A DNA stretch of 53,531 bases from Candidatus Saccharimonadales bacterium (GTDB lineage Bacteria > Patescibacteriota > Saccharimonadia > Saccharimonadales > JACDFO01). A program made the translations under genes and the position numbers. Under the pieces are notes generated by a model. That model was given only the letters and a program-made list of their open reading frames with translations, searched no databases and was not told where the DNA came from. Shown here in pieces: positions 36,258 through 46,247 of this stretch. The stretch spans positions 1 to 53,531 of the forward strand of contig JBBSLJ010000006.1 in assembly GCA_038255465.1 (NCBI GenBank), read 5' to 3'. Position 1 is the first letter of the stretch, and each line of letters opens with the position of its first letter.

Positions 36258-36785
36258 ATGAATGACACTAAAATTGATTGGCAATATTTATTTCTCGACA
36301 GTCGAGCACGGGTCTATCTCTTATGGTCAGCTTTGGTTACTGTCGGTTTCTTGGCTACCCATTTTTACCAAGACAAATTTATTAATGCTTTTTGGACGTT
36401 ACTGTCGGTGATAGGTATTTACTATATGTTCAAAGTCATGCCTTTAAAGGTTAAGCAAATGCAACACATTTATTATGGTTGGTTCATTACAATCGCCGTA
36501 GGCATGGCAGTGTCAGGGTTTGTATTTTATCTTGAACTGCCAGTAGCGGGCTACTTGATTAACCATCTTGGCGCGTTCTGGCTCGTTTTAATGGCCCAAG
36601 CTTATGCTGGTAACGGTTTTGTTGATAAGCCTGGTGTATGGTACTGGTTTGCAGCTGGCCTTAATCTTTTGTTCGGGGTTCTTATTTTTAGCATTGATGC
36701 GCTCATACCGGGGCAGTACTTAATTGCAGCGGTTGTTAGCGCGTGGTCTATGCTCTATCTGTGGCTGTTCAGATCTTATACATAA
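36258..36785 (+). CDS. Integral membrane protein, function unknown
   Basis: About six hydrophobic segments. Confidence 0.75.
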   Translation: MNDTKIDWQYLFLDSRARVYLLWSALVTVGFLATHFYQDKFINAFWTLLSVIGIYYMFKVMPLKVKQMQHIYYGWFITIAVGMAVSGFVFYLELPVAGYLINHLGAFWLVLMAQAYAGNGFVDKPGVWYWFAAGLNLLFGVLIFSIDALIPGQYLIAAVVSAWSMLYLWLFRSYT

Positions 36786-36800
36786 AAAGCATAGCCGGTA

Positions 36801-37511
36801 CTATTTTTTTCGAGTACGTTCATCGCGTAGTCGCAAATAAGGATGCCTTACAAACCATTCCGGGTGGTTGGTGCAGATGGCAACCCCAGGATATAGAAAA
36901 CCGATAAAACGACCGAGTAATTTACTGTTTACGGTAAATACGAATATATCCAGATGGTGACGTTTAGCGAGCCAGTAGGTAAGTGGGTTAAGTAACCAGA
37001 AATTAAGACCAATGCCGTTTAGGTGCAGTTTGCGGGCGGTCTGAATAATATCCGACGGATTAGTTCGTTCGTTTCCATATAACTTTATAGACGGGCTAAG
37101 TTTGCGTAATTTTGCTAACTCTTCATGCTTAAAAGACAAAACAGTAACGTCACTATCTGGAAATTTAACGAGTTCTTTGAGTAGCAACTCCGTGCAGCCG
37201 GTTTCCTTAAGCTCGATATAAACCGGGACCGTTCTACACATCTCGAGCGCTTCACTTAAAGTCGCTATATAAGATTGATCGTCATTTAAGCGTATTTTTA
37301 GCAGTGCAGAAAGCTCAGTATCGCTAAGTCTTAGGTCGCTTTTACTAATATCAGACAGCGCTGCGTTGTGGCACAGCACAAGCTTGTTGTCTTTAGTTTT
37401 ACGAACATCAAATTCTATCGCATCGACTCCGAGTAGACGCGCTAATTCAAGACTGGGCAGTGTGTTTTGGAGCGCCAAACCTGCCGCACCGCGATGACCA
37501 ATGATTTTCAT
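36801..37511 (-). CDS. Glycerophosphodiester phosphodiesterase
   Basis: IIGHRG, EFDVRKTKD, IELK, FTVN. Confidence 0.92.
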   Translation of the reverse strand: MKIIGHRGAAGLALQNTLPSLELARLLGVDAIEFDVRKTKDNKLVLCHNAALSDISKSDLRLSDTELSALLKIRLNDDQSYIATLSEALEMCRTVPVYIELKETGCTELLLKELVKFPDSDVTVLSFKHEELAKLRKLSPSIKLYGNERTNPSDIIQTARKLHLNGIGLNFWLLNPLTYWLAKRHHLDIFVFTVNSKLLGRFIGFLYPGVAICTNHPEWFVRHPYLRLRDERTRKK

Positions 37512-37555
37512 TCAGCTACTAGTGTACAATAGTAGCGAATAAGAAGGAGTAGAAA

Positions 37556-38083
37556 GTGCCTGATTTCAATAAAGTTTTAGCCCACGGTGACCAAAGTAAG
37601 AACATTGTTAATACCGTAATTGAAATTCCAAAGTGGTCGACTCTAAAAATTGAGTGGAATCGGCAGGTGGCTGCTTTTCAGCTTGACCGGGTTGAGCCGA
37701 GTATTTTTGCCAAGCCAGTTAATTATGGTTTTATCCCGCAAACACTTGACGAAGACGGCGATGAGTTGGATACGCTTGTGCTTACCAATGATCCCATTCC
37801 AATGGGCGTATTCCTTGAAGGAAAAGTAATTGGCGTACTGAATTTTGAAGACGACGGCGAAATGGATCACAAAATTATTGTCGTACCAGCTGATGACCGT
37901 AATACAGACGACGCCATAACCAGCATGGATGATCTGCATGATCGCTGGAAGCAAAAGATAGAGCATCACTTTACGCACTATAAAGACCTCAAGAAGCCCG
38001 GCAGTACTAAAGTACTTGGCTGGGGCGGCACCGAAGAAGCTTGGAAAATCATCAATGACTGCGCTATGGCCTACAGGGCGTAG
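37556..38083 (+). CDS. ppa: Inorganic pyrophosphatase
   Basis: IEIP, NYGFIPQTLDEDGDELD, HFTHYKDL. Confidence 0.95.
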   Translation: MPDFNKVLAHGDQSKNIVNTVIEIPKWSTLKIEWNRQVAAFQLDRVEPSIFAKPVNYGFIPQTLDEDGDELDTLVLTNDPIPMGVFLEGKVIGVLNFEDDGEMDHKIIVVPADDRNTDDAITSMDDLHDRWKQKIEHHFTHYKDLKKPGSTKVLGWGGTEEAWKIINDCAMAYRA

Positions 38084-38168
38084 CCTGCCGCAAATTTATT
38101 GTAATCTTGTGTCGTAACCTGTTACAATTCAGTTGAATATGCTAATGCTTAAATGGGGTGGGTAAAAC

Positions 38169-39209
38169 ATGAAAACAAGAATTGGTATTAACGGATTCGG
38201 CAGAATTGGCCGTAATGCGTTTAAAGTTGCGTTCGAGAGAAGTGACTGCGAAGTAGTAGCCATAAATGACCTCACAGACACGCGCACCTTGGCGCATCTA
38301 CTCAAACACGACAGTAATTATGGCACTTACCAACATGATGTCAGTTTTGATGAAGACCATATCATAGTAAATAGCATAAAAATAAAAGTAATTGCAGAAA
38401 AAGAACCCTCAGCACTACCTTGGGCTGAGCACAAAATAGATGTAGTTATTGAGTCAACTGGATTCTTTGTAGACCCGGCTAAAGCAAGGGCGCACCTGGA
38501 TGCTGGTGCTAAAAAGGTAGTTATATCGGCGCCTGCTAAAGGCGATGGTGCTACTACGATCGTGCTAGGTGTTAACGAAGATAAACTCGAACATGCCGAA
38601 GACATTGTTAGTAATGCTTCATGCACTACAAACTGTATTACCCCAGTAGCTGCCGTCATTGAGAACAATTTTGGAATTGAAAAGGCAATGATGACTACTA
38701 TCCATAGCTACACAGCTAGCCAAAAACTACAAGATGCGCCGGCAAAGGACCTGCGTGAGGCGCGTAACGCAGCCGAGAACATAGTACCGACCACTACTGG
38801 AGCGTCCATCGCGGCAGGAGAGGCGCTGCCGGCACTTAAAGGCATCTTCGGTGGTTTAAGCGTGCGCGTTCCGACGCCAGTGGTATCTATGAGTGACTTC
38901 GTGATTATTACTAAAAAAAACGTGACCGTAGAAGAAGTAAATGATGCCTTCAGGAAAGCTGCCAAAGAGCCTTTTTACCAAGGGATCCTGGAAGTAACGG
39001 ACGAAGAATTAGTCAGCAGTGATTTTATCGGCAACAGTCATTCGGCAATTGTTGACACTAAACTTACGGCTGTTGTTGCCGGCAATATGCTTAAGGTCGT
39101 GGCTTGGTACGACAATGAATGGGGCTATAGTAACCGTCTGGTTGAGGTAGTTGCTGATCTAGGCAAACACCTGCACCAAAAAGAAGACCACTCCGAACAT
39201 CACGAGTAA
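38169..39209 (+). CDS. gap: Glyceraldehyde-3-phosphate dehydrogenase
   Basis: INGFGRIGR, ASCTTNC, WYDNEWGY. Confidence 0.98.
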   Translation: MKTRIGINGFGRIGRNAFKVAFERSDCEVVAINDLTDTRTLAHLLKHDSNYGTYQHDVSFDEDHIIVNSIKIKVIAEKEPSALPWAEHKIDVVIESTGFFVDPAKARAHLDAGAKKVVISAPAKGDGATTIVLGVNEDKLEHAEDIVSNASCTTNCITPVAAVIENNFGIEKAMMTTIHSYTASQKLQDAPAKDLREARNAAENIVPTTTGASIAAGEALPALKGIFGGLSVRVPTPVVSMSDFVIITKKNVTVEEVNDAFRKAAKEPFYQGILEVTDEELVSSDFIGNSHSAIVDTKLTAVVAGNMLKVVAWYDNEWGYSNRLVEVVADLGKHLHQKEDHSEHHE

Positions 39210-39217
39210 GGTTCATT

Positions 39218-39661
39218 ATGAAAATCTATATTGGCGCGGATCATAACGGATACGTATTAAAGAACAGCTTGGTAACCTATTTGTGTAAAGTCGGTTATGA
39301 AGTAGAAGATAACGGAGGTGAAAAACTCGACCGTGAGGATGATTATCCGGTTTTTGCTGCCCGTGTCGCCAAAGACATTTTAACGAGTGCCGACGAACAG
39401 CCCATGGGTATATTGCTCTGCGGCAGCGGACAGGGGATGTGTATGGCCGCTAACCGTTTCAAGGGTATAAGAGCCTGCCTCGGTTATGACCGCGAATCTA
39501 TTCGATCTGCCCGAAATGATGATGATGCAAACGTTCTTTGCCTGCCCGCAAGACACCTTGCGCGTGACAAAAGCTTTGTTCTTGTGGAAACATTCTTGAA
39601 TACAACGTTCTCGCATGTCGGCAAGTATCAGCGGCGCATTATTGAAATGGACGATATGTAA
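39218..39661 (+). CDS. rpiB: Ribose-5-phosphate isomerase B
   Basis: GADHNG, DYP, CGSGQG, ANRFKGIR. Confidence 0.92.
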   Translation: MKIYIGADHNGYVLKNSLVTYLCKVGYEVEDNGGEKLDREDDYPVFAARVAKDILTSADEQPMGILLCGSGQGMCMAANRFKGIRACLGYDRESIRSARNDDDANVLCLPARHLARDKSFVLVETFLNTTFSHVGKYQRRIIEMDDM

Positions 39662-39662
39662 A

Positions 39663-40295
39663 GTGGCTGTAATCGCACCAACGGTAACAGCTTTTGAGCC
39701 GCATGAATATCGTGAACAGATGGAACGAGCAGCAAAATTTGCCGAGCGTATTCATATTGATCTTATGGACGGCGAATTTGCACCCACACGCTCCCCCGAT
39801 TTATTGCAGGTCTGGTGGCCGCATAATGTTCATGCCGATATTCACCTGATGTTTAAGCGACCCATGGACCACTTGCAGCAGCTAATAAAACTAAAGCCAC
39901 ACATGGTGATTATTCATAATGAGGCAGACGTGCACCACATGCACTTTGCGGCTGAATTACACAAAGAAGACATAAAAGTGGGCTTGGCCATACTACAGGA
40001 CACGCCCATAGAGTGGGCCTATCAGATCATGCATAGTTTTGACCATGTGCTGGTATTTAGCGGCAGCCTTGGCCATCACGGGGGCGAAGCAGATGTAAGC
40101 CTGCTTGATAAAGTTCGCAAAATTCACGAGCATCACCCTGAATCTGAAATTTCCTGGGATGGTGGCATTAATGACGAGAATGCCAGGGCATTAGTAGATG
40201 CAGGCGTTGATGTTCTAAACGTCGGCGGTTATATCCAGAAATCAGAGACACCTCAAGAAGCTTATGATAAACTTGTCTCAGTAATAAAGAGATGA
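39663..40295 (+). CDS. rpe: Ribulose-phosphate 3-epimerase
   Basis: HIDLMDG, DIHLM, WDGGIN. Confidence 0.88.
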   Translation: MAVIAPTVTAFEPHEYREQMERAAKFAERIHIDLMDGEFAPTRSPDLLQVWWPHNVHADIHLMFKRPMDHLQQLIKLKPHMVIIHNEADVHHMHFAAELHKEDIKVGLAILQDTPIEWAYQIMHSFDHVLVFSGSLGHHGGEADVSLLDKVRKIHEHHPESEISWDGGINDENARALVDAGVDVLNVGGYIQKSETPQEAYDKLVSVIKR

Positions 40296-41188
40296 GACCT
40301 GTGGCCAAAAAACTGACGTTAAAAGAGCTTGAGAAAAAGGCATATGACATTCGGATAGATATTATTCGAATGCTTGAGCACGCCGGTAGTGGTCATAGCG
40401 CAGGGCCTCTTGGGTTGGCCGATATACTTACGGCACTTTACTTCGACGTGCTTAAGCATGACCCGAAAAAACCTGACTGGGATCATCGGGATATCTTTTT
40501 GTTAAGTAATGGTCACTGTGTACCCGTCCAGTACACAGCCTTGGCGCATGCCGGCTACTTTGACAAAAAAGAGCTTATGACACTCCGCCAATTTAAGTCT
40601 CGCTTGCAAGGTCATCCAGAGCGGTCAAAACTGCCTGGACTAGAAAATACCAGTGGCCCATTAGGCTGCGGATTAAGCCAAGCGGCCGGAATGGCGCTTG
40701 CGATGCGAATGAATAAAGACAACCACCGTTGGATTTATGTCGTTTTAGGCGACGGCGAGCAGAATGAAGGCAATATCTGGGAAGCGGCCATGCTGGCAAG
40801 CAAGTATAAGCTCAGTAATATCATTGCTATTACCGACCGTAATAATATTCAAATAGACGGCCCGACAGAAGAAGTTATGCCGCTCGAGGATTTGAAGGCA
40901 AAATGGGAAGCCTTTGGCTGGCATGTAATAGATATTGACGGTAATAATATGGAGTCAATTATTGACGCCTGCGCAATGGGGCGGGCAGTAGTCGAGAAGC
41001 CTGTTATGATTTTGGCTCACACCATACCAGGCAAGGGTGTAGATTTTATGGAATATGACTTTCACTGGCATGGTGCGCCTCCAGGAGGACTTGAAATTGC
41101 TGGTGCGCCTGCTAAAGCCGAACAAGCAAAAATAGCACTGCATGAGCTGCGGACGCTTCGAGGCAAGATTAGGAGTGAGCATGAGTAG
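40292..41188 (+). CDS. Transketolase, N-terminal subunit
   Basis: AGSGH, LSNGH, LQGHP, GDGEQNEG, HTIPGKG. Confidence 0.93.
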   Translation: MRPVAKKLTLKELEKKAYDIRIDIIRMLEHAGSGHSAGPLGLADILTALYFDVLKHDPKKPDWDHRDIFLLSNGHCVPVQYTALAHAGYFDKKELMTLRQFKSRLQGHPERSKLPGLENTSGPLGCGLSQAAGMALAMRMNKDNHRWIYVVLGDGEQNEGNIWEAAMLASKYKLSNIIAITDRNNIQIDGPTEEVMPLEDLKAKWEAFGWHVIDIDGNNMESIIDACAMGRAVVEKPVMILAHTIPGKGVDFMEYDFHWHGAPPGGLEIAGAPAKAEQAKIALHELRTLRGKIRSEHE

Positions 41189-41195
41189 GCGCTCT

Positions 41196-41336
41196 TACTT
41201 TTTACGTCAAGGGCGCTACTGCACCCCAAGCCGAATCCTCTCGGCTCGGGGACCCCGTTTTTTCGCCTTTGAAATTTCTTGCTTATGGCATGAAATTTCA
41301 AGGGAAGCGTTTGCAGACCCTTGCCTTAAAAAAGTA
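41196..41336. repeat. MITE-like palindromic insert between the transketolase subunit genes
   Basis: Imperfect terminal inverted repeats TACTTTTTACGTCAAGGG / CCCTTGCCTTAAAAAAGTA, with internal hairpins. Confidence 0.45.
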
Positions 41337-41359
41337 CTCGCTTTTGAAAGGGTTGAACT

Positions 41360-42334
41360 GTGAATTTGCATTTAGTTGATGATATTTTGGATAAAGATAT
41401 TTTGAAGGAGCCGATTCGTAAAGGATTCGGGAGAGGGCTTCTTGAGGCTGGCAAACAAAATGACCAGGTTGTTGCGGCTTGTGCTGATTTAACTGATTCA
41501 ACGCAAATAGGTATGTTTGCAAAAGAATTTCCTGAGCGGTTTGTAGAAATCGGCGTGGCAGAGCAAAACCTGGTAACGGTAGGATCAGGGCTTGCGGCTA
41601 TGGGTAAAATCCCGTTTGTAAGTAGCTATGCGGCGTTTAGTCCTGGGCGCAACTGGGAGCAGATTAGGACAACCATATGCCTCAATGACCGGCCGGTTAA
41701 AATTGTCGGTTCGCATGCTGGGGTGTCTGTTGGCCCCGATGGTGCGACGCATCAGATGCTCGAAGATATAGCTCTCATGCGCGTACTGCCAAATATGGTA
41801 GTCGTTGTTCCGGGCGACGGACCAGAGGCAGAGCGGGCTACCATTGCTCTTGCGAATGATAAACGGCCAGGATATCTGCGATTAGCACGTGAAGCGACGC
41901 CGATAATAACTACCGAACTTACTCCGTTTGAGATTGGTAAAGCATACGTGTATGCGCAGGGCCACGACATTACGGTTATTGCAACTGGCACCATGACATA
42001 TCAGGCCTTGGTTGCTGCGGAAAAGCTCTTCAAGGACGGAATTGATCTTGAAGTCATTCATTGCCCGACTATCAAACCGCTTGATGCGGCTACTATCTTA
42101 ACCAGTGTTCAAAAGACAGGACGTGTAATTACTATCGAAGAAGGCCAGATTATTGGTGGTCTTGGCGGCGCAGTAGCTGAGCTTTTAAGCGAAGAGCATC
42201 CAGCGCTACTCAAGCGTATTGGCATGCGAGACCGGTTTGGTGAGTCAGGTAAGCCCGATGAGCTACTAGAATATTTTGGCTTAACCGCTAAAAATATTAT
42301 GTTAGCTGCACATGAAATGATGAATAAATCTTAA
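41360..42334 (+). CDS. Transketolase, C-terminal subunit
   Basis: GVAEQN, GPDGATHQ, YLRLAR, TIKPLD. Confidence 0.93.
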   Translation: MNLHLVDDILDKDILKEPIRKGFGRGLLEAGKQNDQVVAACADLTDSTQIGMFAKEFPERFVEIGVAEQNLVTVGSGLAAMGKIPFVSSYAAFSPGRNWEQIRTTICLNDRPVKIVGSHAGVSVGPDGATHQMLEDIALMRVLPNMVVVVPGDGPEAERATIALANDKRPGYLRLAREATPIITTELTPFEIGKAYVYAQGHDITVIATGTMTYQALVAAEKLFKDGIDLEVIHCPTIKPLDAATILTSVQKTGRVITIEEGQIIGGLGGAVAELLSEEHPALLKRIGMRDRFGESGKPDELLEYFGLTAKNIMLAAHEMMNKS

Positions 42335-42352
42335 AGTAAGCAAGGTGGAACT

Positions 42353-43267
42353 ATGCCGTTGACACTACATCAGATGAGAGAAAATTGCCATAAGGCCCGG
42401 GCAGCTATGCTTCGTGCAAGACAAGAGCATTTTGCGCTAGGTGCATTTAATATCGATAACCAGGACACGCTAATAGCTATTGCCCGGGCAGCTAAAGCCA
42501 AAAACGCGCCACTTATGGTAGAAGTCAGCCAGGGTGAGGTAGATGCACTAGGTCTTGAGAATATCCGTGACATGGTCGATAACTACATGGCAGAATATGG
42601 TACCGAAATGTATCTGAACCTTGACCACAGCCCAACTGTCGGCGATGCTATCGCCGGTATTGAAGCCGGTTTTGAATTCATTCATATTGATATCAGCCAA
42701 GCCCGCAAAGAAGCGTCACTGGAAGATATTATTACTGACACACGTCAGATAGTAGATTATGCACGTCTGACGAACGCCTTGGTAGAAAGCGAGCCTCATT
42801 ATTTTGGAGGTAGCTCAAATGTGCACACAGAGAAAATTGATTACGACGAAATCAGAAAAACATTCAGCAGCGCAGAGCATATGCGTTCGTTTGTGGAAGC
42901 TACAGGCATTGACACATTTGCGGCGGCTATCGGCAATTTACACGGCAAGTATCCGGTGCCCAAAAAACTCGATCTGGATTTACTGCGCGAGCTTCGCGAG
43001 GCCACAGACGTTAACATCAGCTTGCACGGCGGAAGCGGTACCCCCGGTCATTACTTTGTAGAAGCAGTAAAGATCGGAGTCAGCAAAATAAATATTAACT
43101 CGGACATGCGTGTAGCCTATAGGAATACGCTTGTTAAGGTATTACAAGATAACCCGACAGAGTATGCGGTAGTTAAACTCATGGATCAGGTTATCGATGC
43201 GGTACAAGCCGTCGTAGAAGAAAAACTGGAAATGTTTAACAGTGCCGGCAAGGCTGTGGTAGACTAA
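42353..43267 (+). CDS. fba: Class II fructose-bisphosphate aldolase
   Basis: GAFN, LDH, AIGNLHG, LHGGSG, KININSD. Confidence 0.93.
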   Translation: MPLTLHQMRENCHKARAAMLRARQEHFALGAFNIDNQDTLIAIARAAKAKNAPLMVEVSQGEVDALGLENIRDMVDNYMAEYGTEMYLNLDHSPTVGDAIAGIEAGFEFIHIDISQARKEASLEDIITDTRQIVDYARLTNALVESEPHYFGGSSNVHTEKIDYDEIRKTFSSAEHMRSFVEATGIDTFAAAIGNLHGKYPVPKKLDLDLLRELREATDVNISLHGGSGTPGHYFVEAVKIGVSKININSDMRVAYRNTLVKVLQDNPTEYAVVKLMDQVIDAVQAVVEEKLEMFNSAGKAVVD

Positions 43268-43301
43268 ACATAACAACTATGAAAAGGGTGGGGAATACAT
43301 A

Positions 43302-44303
43302 ATGAGTCATTTGGATGTGCTTGCTATTGGTGATGTAGTCACAGACGCATTTATTAAACTGCTCGATGATCGGGCTTATGTGTTTGAAAATGATCACGGC
43401 AAGTTCCTGGCAATGCCCTTTGGCTCGAAAGTTCCATTTGATCATGCTGAACTAATTGAAGCGGTTGGAAATGCAGCCAATGCAGCCGTAAGTTTTGAGC
43501 GACTAGGGCTACAGAGCGGCTTGGTTTCAAATGTGGGCTCTGATCTGCATGGCCGGGAAATTATCAACAAGTTAGAAAAAGAAAAAGTTGATACTCGATT
43601 CGTTCATATCAACAAGGGTAAAATAAGTAACTATCACTTTGTGCTATGGTACAAAGAAGAGCGTACTATTCTTATAAAACACGAAGAATATGATTACAAA
43701 TGGCCTCGTTTTCGTGAGACTGATCTTCCAAAGTGGGTGTACTTCAGCAGTATTAGCAAAAACGCGCTCGATGAATATCATGACTATGTCGCCGACTGGC
43801 TCAAAGACAATCCTGAGGTTAAACTCGCCTTTCAACCAGGCACCTATCAGCTCGAAGCCGGGATAGATAAACTCAAAGAGCTCTATAGCCTAACAGACGT
43901 ATTAGTTGTCAACCGTGAGGAAGCGGTGCAGATTAGTGGCGGCCATTACGATGATGTGCATAATCTGCTAGATCGTCTCCATCACTTTGGACCAAAAACT
44001 GTATGTATTACAGATGGCCCTGCTGGTGCCTATGCCTCAGACGGTTCAAAGCGTTATAAAATGCCGCCATATCCCGATCCAGGTCCCCCAATTGAGCGCA
44101 CGGGTGCCGGTGATGCGTTTGCATCTACTTTTGTCGCATCAATAATAAAAGGCAATACCATCGAAGGCGCGCTGCAGTGGGCTCCCATAAACTCCATGAA
44201 TGTTGTTCAAAATGTCGGTGCACAAAAAGGATTGTTACAAGAATCTGAACTTGAGAAACTGCTTGAACACGCTCCTGAATGGTATAAGCCGCAGCCTTTC
44301 TAA
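43302..44303 (+). CDS. PfkB family carbohydrate kinase
   Basis: GNAANAAV, NREEA, ITDGPAG, TGAGDAF. Confidence 0.92.
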   Translation: MSHLDVLAIGDVVTDAFIKLLDDRAYVFENDHGKFLAMPFGSKVPFDHAELIEAVGNAANAAVSFERLGLQSGLVSNVGSDLHGREIINKLEKEKVDTRFVHINKGKISNYHFVLWYKEERTILIKHEEYDYKWPRFRETDLPKWVYFSSISKNALDEYHDYVADWLKDNPEVKLAFQPGTYQLEAGIDKLKELYSLTDVLVVNREEAVQISGGHYDDVHNLLDRLHHFGPKTVCITDGPAGAYASDGSKRYKMPPYPDPGPPIERTGAGDAFASTFVASIIKGNTIEGALQWAPINSMNVVQNVGAQKGLLQESELEKLLEHAPEWYKPQPF

Positions 44304-44346
44304 TGCTATCTAAAACTAAACCTCTTGTGCTAATCTAATACCAACC

Positions 44347-45594
44347 ATGTCTCGATTATTATCCGAATTGGTAGGTGCTGACGAACCGCTGTTTTCTATC
44401 TCAATTCAGCAGCTTGAACGCGCCAGCGGTGAGCAGAGTACTGACGTTCGCCTAACCGCAGAAATACTGACAAAAGTGCATCAAAAAATGCGCGAACTTG
44501 GTCTTGACCCAAAATTTACCAATGGCCGCGAGCTGTATCATGCGCTGATGGGACTGGTAAAACTACACGATTCGTTTCTAGCCGAGAAACTACATGTTAA
44601 AGATCACGGTGATGTGCAGGAAGTACTTAAGGCAATTGCCGACCAAGCGAAAAATTTGCCAGTTCCACAGACCGTCTATGCACTCAAGTCGAGTACCGTT
44701 AAGAAAATGCTAAAAAACGTACCGCCTAAAAAAGTTATGAAAGCTCTGCATTATCGCTCAATCGAGTCAATGCTTAAGCGTGAATCTATGAGTGAATTGC
44801 TCGGTGGTGCACGCTTTTTAGAAGAGGCCGAATGGCACGCTAAGCTAGCTGCACAATACACAAAACTTACCCCGGCAGATTTTGAAAACAGAAAAATTGA
44901 AGTCATTTATTTTGATCCAAAAAAATGGCACGGTGCGGCTGATGAATTTGTACGGCAGACACGGCACACCGTTAGTCACCTCAAAGAAACCGGCACGATT
45001 TTGCTTGCGCCGCTTCCAATCGACAAGTTGCCTGGCATTACTATCACCACGCTGCCTTTCGTGTTGCATTATATGAATGAGGTCAGAACATATTCAGCTT
45101 ATTTTAAATCGCAGCAGATTATGCCTGACTTCGGCAGCATAGTCGCCAGGACTATTACAGAAGACCCGCCAGTTCATGCAGAGATTGCCGGACATGGTAT
45201 TCACTGGCGTGTGATACAGCGGCATTATGGACGCGCCGCTGACAGCTTTAGCGAAGTTTTTGAGCCACACGTAACATTTGATGATATGGCGTGGCACTCG
45301 GCTGAACGAGTTTTATACAGACTCGAGCCAGCATTGTACTTTTGGTACGATATGGATTTTGTTGGCATGACAGCCGACGGACGGCCAGTCAGTTTTAATC
45401 TGCTTGATATGGCTATTTCATGCGTCAATAACTTGTCTTATGGCTACCAGAGCATGCAGCACATGCAAACGGCACTTAAGCACGAATTATTTACGCGCTA
45501 TCTTGCATCTCCGTCGCTGGAACACCAAGTTCTTAAACAGCTTGCTTATGTAGATGACCCTAATCTTGCTGAATTTGTTTTGGAGGATTCATAA
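44347..45594 (+). CDS. Hypothetical protein
   Basis: 415-aa ORF in the operon direction, with no motif I recognise. Confidence 0.75.
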   Translation: MSRLLSELVGADEPLFSISIQQLERASGEQSTDVRLTAEILTKVHQKMRELGLDPKFTNGRELYHALMGLVKLHDSFLAEKLHVKDHGDVQEVLKAIADQAKNLPVPQTVYALKSSTVKKMLKNVPPKKVMKALHYRSIESMLKRESMSELLGGARFLEEAEWHAKLAAQYTKLTPADFENRKIEVIYFDPKKWHGAADEFVRQTRHTVSHLKETGTILLAPLPIDKLPGITITTLPFVLHYMNEVRTYSAYFKSQQIMPDFGSIVARTITEDPPVHAEIAGHGIHWRVIQRHYGRAADSFSEVFEPHVTFDDMAWHSAERVLYRLEPALYFWYDMDFVGMTADGRPVSFNLLDMAISCVNNLSYGYQSMQHMQTALKHELFTRYLASPSLEHQVLKQLAYVDDPNLAEFVLEDS

Positions 45595-45595
45595 A

Positions 45596-46162
45596 ATGTA
45601 TCAAATCTGCGTATCTGGTGCTGCTAAAGGTAAGAGCGTCGAGGAAGGACGTAAGCTTGCTGGGGACGTCGGGGCAGCTATTGCTAAGGCTGGTCATAGT
45701 CTGCTCACGGGCGCCACTGTTGGGCTGCCTAACTACGCTGCAGAAGGTTATAAAAAGGCGGGCGGACAAATGAGCGTTGGTATTAGTCCAGCCGCCAGTA
45801 AGATTGAACACGTCGTTAAGTATCGTTTACCAACTGTTGCCTACGACACGATTCTTTTTACGGGTCTGCATTATATCGGGCGTGATGCACTGCTTATTAC
45901 ATCGAGTGACGCGGTTATTAGTATCGGAGGGCGACTAGGCACGCTACATGAGTTTACGATTGCCATGGAGACGAACACTCCCATTGGATTCCTGCAGGGT
46001 GCCGGCGGTGTCAGCTCAGAAATATCAGACATTTTACATGCAGCTGGAAGCGAACACGATAAAGACGTGGTCTTTAGCGAAGATCCGATGTGGTTGGTGA
46101 CCAAGCTCACCGAAATGCTGGACATAGACTATAAAAAGTATAAATACTTATATAACATTTAG
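45596..46162 (+). CDS. LOG/SLOG family protein
   Basis: ICVSGAA, LLTGATVG, GISP, GGRLGTLHE. GGAGG SD. Confidence 0.85.
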   Translation: MYQICVSGAAKGKSVEEGRKLAGDVGAAIAKAGHSLLTGATVGLPNYAAEGYKKAGGQMSVGISPAASKIEHVVKYRLPTVAYDTILFTGLHYIGRDALLITSSDAVISIGGRLGTLHEFTIAMETNTPIGFLQGAGGVSSEISDILHAAGSEHDKDVVFSEDPMWLVTKLTEMLDIDYKKYKYLYNI

Positions 46163-46247
46163 TTATCAGCTTATAACTAATATTAGCCGTTTTAGATACT
46201 AATATAAGATCTATTTAAACTACTTCAGAACTTGATATAATATTAAG

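Noticed and set aside
41142-41363. 73-aa ORF bridging the transketolase genes
   Set aside because: It overlaps tktN, has no motif, and runs through the palindromic insert.
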